Source: Dimorphilus gyrociliatus
Taxonomy: Eukaryota > Animalia > Annelida
Direction: 5' to 3'
Assembly (NCBI GenBank): GCA_904063045.1
Contig: CAJFCJ010000006.1
Coordinates: 5,348,408 to 5,412,407 of the forward strand
Length of the DNA stretch: 64,000 bases
Shown here: positions 52,201 through 64,000 of the stretch, piece after piece
How positions within the stretch are numbered: the stretch's first letter is position 1
Layout of the letters: each line of letters begins with the position of its first letter
The notes under the pieces: generated by a model
The model's input: the letters and a program-made list of their open reading frames with translations, nothing else
What the model was told of the DNA's origin: nothing
Databases searched by the model: none
Program-made: the position numbers and the translations under genes

Positions 52201-55200
52201 CATTAGCCTCCTATGACGAAAATTGTTTGCTTGGTGGGAAAAAAAATTATTCAGGCGATGAAAGTCTCGTTCCTTTGTTCAGGGCTGCCGAACTCTGTTT
52301 AATACGTAAGATTAGTGAGGTGGTCAGCGACCTTCCGGCCCCCCACGAAGTAAGTGATAAAAGTCTTCCGACGACTTTATTATATAAATATTCTCTTTTT
52401 ATTTTATCTTTTACAACATATTTAATTCCTTTGACAAAGAATGTAATTCTTTCCCTTCCCTTTAAATGTAGGTTCTTATGTGGGATGAGGATGAGAAAAT
52501 ATCTCCTCTATCACCAAGGGGTAAACAATACCGTGATAAACTTTTGGAAAAGTTTAGTGATAGTCATTGGTTACAAGGGTGCAGGAGGCTAGCCGGAGCT
52601 CTATTGGAATACTTAAGCGTTATTCCGTCGCTTCCATGGCAAGCTTCCGACGACAATCTACGCGACGCGACAAGATTCTGCGTGCTCGGATTTGAGGTAT
52701 GTGTTTAGATTAGTCAATCCCTAATCCTTGAGTAGGCTTACGCTAAAAACCTATTTCCAAAACGTTAGGCCGATTTGTAGGGATGGGCGTTTGTGGATAA
52801 GATTAAGTCGTTATATGCGCGTTCCGGACTATCGATCGCTATCGATCACAGCTTTAGTTTTCTATTCAATTTATGAAATTATTATAAATTATTTTATCAG
52901 ATAAAAACTTTGAAATCGTTCCTATCGAACTTTGACTGTTTAGTCATCATGACAACAAGTTCGCTTATTTCATCCTTAAACCATAAGCCTACTTCAATAC
53001 GAATTGCGCAGAAATATTTTCCATATAGGCGTATGTTTATAAATTTGTTTATTAACAACGAGTATTTCCCGAAATAAGGAATAATTGCAAATACTTTTAC
53101 AGACGGCTTTTTTTTTATCGTTGCAAAAAAAAAGGAAAAATTTGGTTTTTTTATGTTCATAAAGATGGAATATGTGAAGTGTTATATATATTTGTTTTGT
53201 TTCATCTTTAACACGTAAACTCCTTCAAATAATAGTTATTTAAATTACGTAAATAGTCCTCTCTTTCCTTTTACTCTTCCTCTATCCTGGATTTCTTGAA
53301 TGGAAGGAGGAGGGTAGCGAGAGGTGGGACAGGAGAAGGAAAAGGAAGAATAGGAAAATTTTTCCTCGTTTCTTCCAAATGATAGTTTCACAATTTTACT
53401 ACATTAATGTCTTCTTTTTTTTGGTGTTTTTACCGATTTTTCTTCTTTTTTTGTTTCTTTTTTTCTAGTACTTTTTGGTCATCTTTTTTTTTTACGAACT
53501 TTGCGGTGATTCGCACTTGACGTAGGTCTGATTATGTTGAACACTGCAATGGTGTTTGAGATCGTCTTTACGAGTGAAAGCTTGTGGGCATTCTGTACAT
53601 CTGCAAGAAACAGTATTTTTTTATTTTTTAGTCTATTATCCTTTTTTTTCTCTCTTTTAGGGCGTGGTCTCCACGCATGTACGAATTACTCCTTTTTTAT
53701 ATTTTATGTACTAGTATATAATATATCTGTTAATGTTGTTATATACTTATATAAAAAGATAGGTAAATAATTTTGTTTACCTGTACGGTCTTTCACCCGT
53801 ATGTAATCGAACATGCCGATCTCTATTACCCTTTTGTGTAAGGGATTTTCCACAATAAGAGCAAGGATATCGTTGGTGTAATCTTCTACAATGATCGTCA
53901 AACGCCGCGAATCCACGTATTGGTGTTGAGCAAAATTCGCAGTCATAGAGTCTTTCCTCCTGTTCTGATGAACCATTTAGCACCACTGTATCGTTTTTAG
54001 TGCTTAAATTAATTGGCTCGTCTGAGGATGAGGTACTGTTTGGCGAGTTTGGCGAATAATCCCTTGGTCGTTTTTGTGGGATTTGAAATGTCTTAGTTGT
54101 ATCCGTATGATCCGCTTCGTGTTCTTCTAGCTCGCCAATTGTACGAAATGGAGGTATTTGAGGACAGAGGACACATTGAAAAATAGGTGCTTGTATACTG
54201 GAATGCATTGTAGTAACGTGTTCACCGTAAAATACGGGATCGGCAAATCCGATCTGGCACAGTGTACAAGTCCAAGTTGCTCCAACATTTTTGTGCATAA
54301 CTAAGTGTTTGTGTAGTTTAAGAATGTCTCTTGATTGAAATCCGCAGTAGGAACATGACTGTTGACATAATGACCTTTTTCTAGACCTATGAGATGCCAT
54401 TAGCGAATGTATGGGTGATGGTTGTACGGTTAGTTCTTGTTGCCTAAATATCTCGTGGAATTTTATGACAACATCTTTGCCATCAACATTGACAACAATC
54501 ACTCCATCAAGTTGTCTAGGTGTTCCGAGATGTGATAAAGTAGTACGACATAACTCGATTATTGTCGGCTTTAGCCTGTTTTCCACAGTATACGACGTTT
54601 GCATGATTTCGCCTGTTAGAGAAAAAAAAAGAATAAAGAGAAATGATGAGTCAATTATTTTGGGTGGGGCGGTGGAAAAAGAGTACAAAACACCTATTGT
54701 TCAAACGATTACTATCTTATCGGAGAGCTACGCCGTTCGATTTTGTTTGTCTAACGATATAGGAATCATCCCACAACAAGAAATTAGTAATTGAATAATT
54801 TCTTTGATAAAATGAAAGAGTTTTGTTTAAAAAATGAAATCAGAAAAAAAAAATTTACCTTGAAGAAGTAAATTCTTTAATAGAAAGAAAAATGGTGTTT
54901 TTTTCTTTTTCTATCTATTTATCTATCTATCTATCTTATTCTTTTCTCTTTACTAGTATCTATTTTGTTAAAACTCTCCTTACTAACTTTACACAATTTA
55001 AAGATAGGAAGGAACATAGGTTTATGTTTTTTTTTAATATATATAAAAAGAGAAAAGAAAGAATTATATATCGATTTGGCCAACGAATTAAACCAGTTTG
55101 ATTCATTATACCCATACTCTGACATCAGATGGAAAAGATAGCTTATCTATTTTCTTCATTTTATAATTTGAGATAATAAAATTTCTAAATTTTTTTTATA

Positions 55201-58200
55201 CCGCCTCCGAATATGCCAAAAAAAGCTTATAGGTACTTTTATCTATAAATTTTATCTATCGGAATGCTCGGAACGATTTCGTCAATGACTTTTTGGCGCC
55301 ATCAGCGACTATCTCTTAATTCGTTAACCTATTAAATATATATTTTATTGTGATTTTTGAAGGGTGATAAATAGGATAATTGGGGGTTACGTAATTTGAG
55401 TAGAGGGGAAAAAATTTTTTATAACGTTTCACGATCCGATAATAATAAGTACAAATGAAAAGGAATGATTGAATAGGAATTACGAAAGACGAGTTCGTAG
55501 TTGAATGACAGTTCACAATTCGTATGAACGCGTATATACCGCGTATTGTACTTGAGATATATAGGTTTTCCATTATAAATACTTTTTTTCTATATTTTCA
55601 AGTGAAAAAGGCTCCTTTCTAAAGACTAATATTATAAAGGATACCTTAGAATTGCAACGTAATACACGTTTTGTTTTTAGGCGCCAAGGAGTGCTTTTTT
55701 CATAAGGCTATTATCTAATTGTCAAATTACATAGACACTTGTTCCTAATTGAATGATACGTAATTACTAAACAAAAATATAAAATATAACTTACTTTCTT
55801 GCACCATATAAGAATACATATAAAATATATATATATATATATAAAGTTGTAACAAAATTTAGGTAAATTACATATACATAGATGTAAATTTGAATATTGT
55901 ATATACATGTATATATATATATATAAACTGTCTACTTATATATACTAATATATGTATATATATATATATATATGTGTAATTAAAGTATTTAAGCGCGCAT
56001 AAAAAAGAGTGATATCCGTCTTTTAAGTTGAAAAGAAAATCTTACACGTAGGAGAAAAGGGGAAGGAATAAAATGAAAAAGAAAAAGGAGAAATATATTT
56101 TATACCTAATGAATACAAAGATATATTCATATATATATATATATAAATAGATATATATTTTCTCCTTTTCTGTCAATAAAATACACGATTTGGCACGTTG
56201 TCTCCGTGGAAGTGTACTTTATTCAAATCTCGAACGCCTACAGATTTCCATGAGTCAGTTGTTTAGCGATTGAACGCACGCGGCGGCTCTTGAACTGGAA
56301 ATAACTTACCTAAACCGATCAGGTCATCCGGTCCGCGCAATTGAAATTCTCCAAATTGTAGCGGTAAAAGTTGACAGAATGGTTACCTGAATCAGCGTTT
56401 CTCCTGGAATGGGCGTGGACGCCGTTAGCGAGATGTACTGCTGCCTGCGGCGTCACGCCCTTTCTCTTTAGCACGTTTCCATGCTTGTTTTTTGACATAT
56501 GTTTGTCAACATCGGTTCTTGTTTATTGATAAGTTTTGAACACGAAGGAGCGTCTATTTCAATACGTAACCGCACACAGATAAGACAGTATAAACTGTTC
56601 ATAAACTTATGACAATTATATACTTGTGTTTCTTATTTCGCTTTTTAATCTAAATGTACACACGGTGAAAAGCGTATAATCTATGCTTTTATAAGGTAAC
56701 AATTTAAATACGTACAGTTACAGCTATTCTTAAAATACCCCTAGATTTTTGTGTCTATATTTTAACGGTTTTTTTTAGCCTTTTCTTTTCTCTTTTACTT
56801 ATATAAACGGGTTTAAAAATAATATTATTTTCTACATAAATTTTATTCCTCTTTCGTCTTTTTTTCTCTAAAGTATTCCTTTTTAAACTTATTAATTTAA
56901 CGGTTTGATGATCGTACCTGTGTTTGAAATTTCCGTTTGACTAACATCTTTCGGTAAGGTTTCCGCAGACCTATCCATAACGCTCGAAATTTAATAATGA
57001 ACTGTAATCCGGCTCTGTTTATTATTCATCGAACTTAAAGGCCTAGAAAAATTCTGCCTATCCTTATCTTTTCTGTTTCATATTTTTCTCCAACCTACCA
57101 AGGCTGAATCATACTTCCAAATGTCTTTTCCATAACTGACGCAATTTATGCTTAGCAATATGTATGAATATTCAAAAATGACCTATTACTAAATTCCACA
57201 AAGGAGTATACACAATCATCTTTTTATTGAATAACAACTAAACAAGAAAACATTTAAAAGTTATTGTATAGCGATCTATTTACATATATACAATGACTAA
57301 AATATAAATAGCCCAAAATGTATCACGTAATGACGATATACACCCATTCTTGGTATTAATATTCATATTTTTTATGGCCTAAACATAAGAAGTAGGAAGG
57401 TCTATTGAATATATTTTGTCTTATTTTTCCTTTGCTTTTTTTTTTAAGTAGTATTGCTATTTTCTTATGAATTCAACTGTGACTTAACGATTGCTTAAAG
57501 ATATGTAAATACGAAAAGAGACATTCTTCTGCGAATATTCTCAATTAATATCTAAAAATATATAATATTTCTTATGTCCTTTTTTCCCCCCTTGAATAGA
57601 TAATTCACGTTAAGTTGAACGAAGGCGGTTCTTTATTACATTCCACCCACATACAAACGTGGCTAAAATTGGGAGCTGTTTCTCTGCAATTCCCTCAAAT
57701 TTCACAGGTAATAGGAAGTAAGGAAAGAAAATCATGGGTTTGCACGGCTGTTGCAGCTCTCTACCAATTAGTTTGCACGGGTAAATTATTTTATTATATG
57801 CTTATAATATGAATATCTAAACACACATACATATGCTTATACTATACATATATAATATATATATATTTGCCCACATACCTGTACATTCATTCATACGTGC
57901 ATCATACACAGTACAAATATACAAATTTGACACTTTTCTTACTGTGTATTTATATACTAATATTGTAGTTATCTTTAATTTTTATATAGTTGTCCTACTG
58001 CCCGGACAAAAACTTACAAAATTAAAAGTTACAAGCGAAGAAGAGTATATTCCGAAAACGGCTGATGAACTACACCACACAACCGAAGCATGCGATAGAA
58101 TATCTGAACTAATGTATGCCTTGAGCTCGCAACTGTCGTTTCTAGTAAAGAACAGGGCGTTACCGGATTATATATTATATCCTTTACGCAATGTTATCAT

Positions 58201-61200
58201 AGGTATAGCTCGATTGCCTTTAGTAAATAGCTATGCTAGGACACCAATGTTAGCATGGCGTCTTGGTTGGATTCCATCAGTTTCTGGAGAGAATAGAACA
58301 AGTTTACCTCCTCTCCCTCAAGAACTACTTATGGAGAGAGAAGTTTTAATAGAATTTATAAGACGTATTAATTGCTTGGGGTGGATATCGAGAACACAAT
58401 TTGAAGAGACTTGGATGAGTTTATTAGGTGTTTTGAGTCCCGCAGCTGAAGAGGGCGGAGGGAGCGTTCAGGTATTGAATTATCTTTTCCATTTTAAAAG
58501 CCTTTTAGAAAGTAATTAATAGGAAATTAAAGAATATCTTAATCAAGACTACATATATATGCATTTCCTATTATGCTATATATTACTATGTATCAACTTT
58601 ACATAGATATATTTATATAGCTTTTTAAATAACTATATACGTATGAATATACAACATGTCTCTTTTATCAATTATTTTAGGATATAATGGAAAGAAATCA
58701 TTGTTCATCTTTGGCGTTGAGAGCAATGACAGCACTTTTGCAGTATACAACACTAGCGCCTCATAGCGGCAATCCGGCAAGTAGTTCCACTTCACCTGGA
58801 CCCAGATCGGCTAATCTTTACAGTTTAAGAACAAGGTGAGTATTTAGATTATAGTAGAAAAAATTTTTATTTTATTCAAATTAGGCATATAATAGATAAC
58901 TATCTACACTTAGTACAAAACTGTTGGAAAATTCTATGAGGTCACAAATTTTCCCTAAACTAGTATTTTATTACATACTTTATTTGTTAGTATAGGATAA
59001 TTTACAGTTAAAAAAAACACGACAGACAAGGAATCTCTAATTGTACAGGCACTATAAACTCTTCTTCCATACTATACTTTTGTCTTGTTTCATTCATTCA
59101 TTTATCAAAATACTTTTTCTCTATTATTATCAATATTCCATTATCTATTTTTACTCTACATAATATAATATTTTAGGTTGGTTGTACAATATAATAACTG
59201 GAAAGAGAAAGTAAATTGAAATGATGTAAAGCAATTTTAGTAGCGTGTGAACAGTACAAAAATAGATAAGTCAATCAAGAGAAAGTTTTCCATAGTTATT
59301 TTTTTATCCTATATATAACAATTAGAAAAAATCTAACGATGACATCTGGATATTCATATCGGAAAAGTAATTCGATGATTCAACACCAATTTTTAGATTA
59401 TTTTTGCGTAGATTCCTGATTTTTTCGATTTCCATTCTTAATTTTTCATTTGTCACAATTAGTTCCTTTTCTCTTCTTTCCAAATTTAGTATTTTTGATT
59501 TGTGCCTCTCTCTGCTTCGTTTACATTTTTCCGCGTGTTCCGGATCCCGAGGAGGTTTTCTAGTCCTACTTGTCTGTATTTAAAAATAAGGATATTACGT
59601 ATTATTTAAATATAAATATATATATATAGTAGATAACTATATATAATCATTTATAATGTCATAAAACTTGTTCCGCTTATTAAAACTGACCTTTCTAATC
59701 TCTTTGTTGTAACCTTCTTCTACACGTTGATCAGGAGATATCGTAGATGGTACTCCAATTTGTTCGAAATCTAAAAAAAAAATCATTACAAGCGTAAATC
59801 AATGATAATACTTTTAAGATTATTAAATATAGTAATTATAAACATGTACTAAAATGCGCACCAGGAGTTACCATTAGGCCGCTTTTTTCATTAGCAGCGA
59901 GTTTTTCCATTGGTGAATTACATTGACTTGAGTAGTCGGGTGTTGGATATAGAGAATTTCCATAGCCTTCATCATGAACATTACATGAAGACTCTTCCTC
60001 GTTTTCCGCTGGATATTCACTCCCAGAATTCAATTCTTGTTCTATAAAAGCTATTAATGTTGGCTTTAAACACTCAAAAGCTGGAGATTTTATTATCTCT
60101 TCCAGATTACGATTATCAATATCACTGGTATCCATAAGAGACTCCATCATTTCTTAGGTAACTATGGAAAAATGAGTGATATAAAAAGTATTTATTGTTA
60201 AAAATGGCTGATTTTTTGTCTTCCTGGCAAATATAGGATAGGCTCTATTATAAATAGTGATAATATAAATTAGACAGCGCCACCTAACAGACTATATTGT
60301 TGGCCAACCACTTTGTTATGCCTATATTATATATTGTACATATCTTATTTATATGAATACTATATTGTCGAAATTTATAAATAGTACCATACCCTTCTGA
60401 ATTGGTTTAGGAAAACTTTTAAATCTAGGAAGGCAAATCGACGAATGACGTCAATAGATACTAAAATTACTCGATCTTTTGTCAGAGCTACCTTGAAAAA
60501 ACTAATACTCTAACTTCAGAAAGCCTATGATACCTTTTATTTCCTTTACAATATCTTTACTGAAAGGAAAAAGAGGAAAGAAAAATTCAACTTTATTACT
60601 TTATTAGCATTCTATTAAAATTTACGCCGTTACGTAGGTGCTTTTTCATATTGACTTAACTTCTATGTCAATAATCACTTGTTCTTTAGTTTTCTCTCTC
60701 TCTCTCTCTCTCTCACTCCCTTCCTATCTCTCTTTCCAATACCAATGCTTCTTTTCCTTTTTTTCCTCTTTTTGAAAAATCTTGCAATTTTACAGATAAT
60801 ACCCAATATTCTGTATAATAAATAATCCACTCTATTGATACTATAAATAGACTATAGATAAATCGTTAAATATCTAGAATTATTCAATATTCAATCAAGT
60901 GTTCAATATAAGTCCTACCTTTTGTTATAGTAAAACTTGCTAAATAATATATACTTAGATGTTATAATAAAAAAGTGAGGGAGAGTAGAAAACGAATAAA
61001 AGGAAGAAGTGAAAGAGAAGAGGGGTGGGGGAGAGAAAGAGAATAAAGGATAGAAATATTACTATATTATTATAAACATATTATTATGCAATACGGCATC
61101 CTAAACAAATATAGCTGTAGATTAAAAAAAAACAATCATTATGCAGTATAATTAGAAATATGTAAAATATTTTTCTATAATATTTTAACATAATGTCTTA

Positions 61201-61383
61201 TATTAGAATAATTTATATATATTATATATTTTATAATTAGATGGGGAAGGTATTATAGTCTTATAAGAATACTTCTCCAAAAAGAATTGGAGATAATTCA
61301 TCAACTTCACAGGTAGCTTTAATGTTGTAAAGCAAAAAAAAAAATTGTTATTGATTGATTGTTGTATAATTTATTATACCATT

Positions 61384-61426
<43 letters not shown>

Positions 61427-63865
61427 TACTCTTTTCTATACTTATTAATAATTTTAATTTATTTAATGATCTATTATTATTGATTTAGCTAGTTAATTTT
61501 ATTATAATTTGGTTTTTAGTTGACTTTCCTTTCTCTTATTTTTTGTTTAAAAGCATAAAATTTTATGATTTTGTTTTATTTTATGATAAGAATAGTAGAG
61601 ATATTTTTTCCACTGTTTTCTTTTTTATTTTCATATTTTCTCTTTCGGTTTATTGCTTCCTTAAACACAAATATCACGTGACTAATTTAAAAATATATAT
61701 ATAATACATCATATATGAAAAATTAGTGTTTATATAATTAACTTTAATAACCATATATAGCTCGAATACCAAACCGTTTGCGGAGAAACGAATAAACGTC
61801 GATAGATTAAATAGTTTATTTGATGAAAATTTGGAATGTCAGCTCGGTCATATCGGATTCTCATTTAGCCAGGTACGTCATTCCGTTTATTAGATATATC
61901 TACATGTATATATATATATTTTTGTCAGCGGATGTATAAAAAAGAATACGAATATACTGTATATACAGTATATATAAATGTATATATTGTATTTTGAGAT
62001 ATTCAATTCTTCTTCTTGTTTCCTTTCAATTTTCTATTTTGCTTAAACGTCTATACTGTATATCAACTTAAAATAAAAAAATAGAGAAATATAGTTTTCC
62101 ATATAGAAAACTTTAAAAGAAACATCACAAACACTAAGCAAGTATATGTACTATTATTCTAAATAAGGTTATAAGAAACAAACAAAGAAAAGGGAAGAAG
62201 GTAAAGTTAAGCATGCGTTAATAGTTTCTTTTTATATTCTATTTTTATATTCATATTTGTATTGAAAATACTTCTCTGTTTTTCTCTTTATCTATTTATC
62301 TGTTTTTTATTATCATTCTACTTATTTCCTTTATAATAGGGAAAATTCAGATTTTTTATTAATTTAACTAACTTCTACTTATATAGACAGCTTACTGCAT
62401 ACAATATGCATCTAAGCTATATACTTATATATTTTTTTATCTTGAAACTTTCCTTTTGTCAATGTCTTGTTTAATTCAAATCAAGATGAAACATTAAAGA
62501 AATCGACTCATTTTATTAATATACAATCAAATTGGTATCCCTTATCATAGTAATTTGTTTTCTATTTTAAATTATTAGAAAAGTGGTCGATCTATGAGTC
62601 ATTCGGCATCAACTGGAGATGATTCAACAGCCTCTGATAGTCCCGATTTGGAGATGGTGGAAGCTCCGAAGACTGTCTCTATGGTTACGGGTAAAATTCT
62701 TGTTTAATTATTTTCATTTAAAGTTAAAACAAAAGTTTTATTTTATTGCTTTTTCTTTATTGTTCGTCTTCATCTAACGTCTTTAGGAGATGAACTAGAT
62801 ATTCGTTCCTGTGTCCAATTACTTTTGGATTTATTTACTCAGTTTGTTTCTCCATCACCGGAGATAGCCACACCTCCAGCTCTTCTATGTCAAGTTATGC
62901 GATCGGTTAGTAGCATCGACTAAATAGGATAAAACTATATCCTTTAAGCCATAAAATACATATGTTTGTTTTCTTATCCCTTTTTTAGATGGTTGCTGTT
63001 ACGGACGTTTTAGATCAAGCACCCCATTATGAATGGTTATTGCATAATTTATTACAAGTTGATAAATTAAGACCAGTTGATGATGAGCTTGTTAGGCAAT
63101 ATTTAGCAATTGGAGCTTGTAAAGCTGCCTGTTTTTCGGGACAGGTGACTAGATAACATTTATATAAAATACTGTTTATTTATTTATCTATAAAATTATA
63201 ATCTTTAATTAACAGTTTGAAATGAGACAAGAAAAACTGATATCTCTTATTGATAATGGTCTACAATCGAGTCATGTTCCAAGTAGAGCTGCAGCTCTTC
63301 ACGCCTCTGTTTTTCTATTACAATCTGCCCCCAACAACAGCGTAAATTCAATAGTACTAAATTACCTAAAATCTTTACTTCAACGCCATTTATTACCTTT
63401 AACTTCTTGTCAATTTTGGTATATAATATTATTATTACATAACTATTATTTAAAAAATTATTAATGATTTATTGTTTTCAATTCAAGTACGTCTAACGAA
63501 CAATACTGGTTAACCGTTTGGTCGGTTGCATTCTATTTATTAGAGAATCACGCAGAAGAACTAGCTGATAATGAATTCTGTTCAAAGATATTGCAGGTAT
63601 AATATGTCTAATACGTATTTACATAATAAAATATATATACAGTATATATATATAAACTGAATAGATTGTTTATAATAATAATGGAGAGATTCTTGACCAT
63701 CCTTTTAATTCGTTTTTCTTTATAGGCTGCTATCGATAAGACGTACGAAGATAAAACGGCCTTGGGTCTATACTTATGTCTTATAAATGGCTTTGAACGT
63801 CTTATTTTATCCGGTTGCTTATCAACTAGTCAGATTACTGCTGTTGTCAAGTTATCCATAAACAA
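43205..63865 (+). CDS. HTT: Huntingtin (3' end beyond the window)
   Basis: N17-like [17 protein letters not shown]; [20 protein letters not shown]; [16 protein letters not shown]; [13 protein letters not shown]; CVQQ|[10 protein letters not shown]; [20 protein letters not shown]; [15 protein letters not shown]; [14 protein letters not shown]...[19 protein letters not shown]. More than 30 short exons. Three large introns (47551-49010, 52697-57599, 58837-61240) each contain another gene. Confidence 0.97.
47778..48816 (+). CDS. TALE-class homeobox protein (spiralian/SPILE-like), nested on the same strand in an HTT intron
   Basis: Micro-exon ATG GAA CCT AAT GTG|gtaagt (47778-47792), 70-nt intron, exon 47863-48816 (322 aa). 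Homeodomain [56 protein letters not shown] with the TALE PYP loop. Confidence 0.85.
48942..48947 (+). terminator. Putative polyadenylation signal of the nested homeobox gene (inside an HTT intron)
   Basis: AATAAA 126 nt after the homeobox stop and about 60 nt before the HTT acceptor at 49009-49010. Confidence 0.5.
53492..54604 (-). CDS. C2H2 zinc-finger protein (6 fingers), nested antisense in an HTT intron
   Basis: Exons 53781-54604 and 53492-53600. Fingers include [50 protein letters not shown]; PINLS (CtBP-motif-like). An acceptor just upstream of the ATG (54613-54614) implies 5' UTR exons further up. Confidence 0.88.
59322..60150 (-). CDS. Divergent bZIP transcription factor, nested antisense in an HTT intron
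   Basis: Exons 60150-59844 (or -59850), 59770-59691, 59573-59322 join in frame (about 212 aa). Exon 3 gives [56 protein letters not shown]: x7-R-x9-L-x6-L-x6-L-x6-I with Asn at heptad position a. Confidence 0.75.
61386..61423. repeat. (TA)n microsatellite in an HTT intron
   Basis: About 19 perfect TA units. Confidence 0.9.
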
Positions 63866-64000
63866 GTAGATACAATCGTCTTATATTTTTACCTTAACTG
63901 ATACCTTTTAAGATAAATTCTATAACCATAATATTTAGTCATTTATAATTTTCTATACAATTTATATATTTAAAAAATAATTACAGACTTCTAATGCAAA

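Noticed and set aside
54411-54794. 127-aa plus ORF in the HTT intron
   Set aside because: Antisense shadow of the nested zinc-finger gene; no HTT similarity.

Overview
AT-rich, gene-dense eukaryotic (animal) genomic DNA with very short GT-AG introns, mostly about 50-100 nt. The gene content, including a spiralian-type TALE homeobox, suggests a compact-genome lophotrochozoan, possibly a meiofaunal annelid such as Dimorphilus; this is inferred, not proven. I traced about 20 protein-coding genes by hand: an NR1J/HR96-type nuclear receptor with two alternative first exons, an RDH-type SDR, a CUB-like/LDLa/TM protein with a Cys-rich tail, RhoGDI, DCAF13, ZC3H18, GTSF1, two uncharacterised genes, GCLM, an HtrL/YibB-like protein, ZMYND11, FTCD, two C2H2 zinc-finger genes, ZMYND19, UBLCP1, an S8 subtilase, and huntingtin (HTT, from 43205, running off the window). 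The main structural theme is nested genes: five intact genes sit inside the rare large introns of host genes. HtrL-like lies in GCLM and the subtilase lies in UBLCP1. Three putative transcription factors lie in three different HTT introns: a same-strand TALE homeobox, an antisense C2H2 zinc finger, and an antisense divergent bZIP whose bZIP domain is missed by the ORF track. The homeobox exon 2 is in frame with the upstream HTT exon and has its own intronic AATAAA, so a truncated HTT-homeodomain fusion or premature HTT polyadenylation is possible. No rRNA, tRNA, CRISPR array or recognisable transposon was seen.
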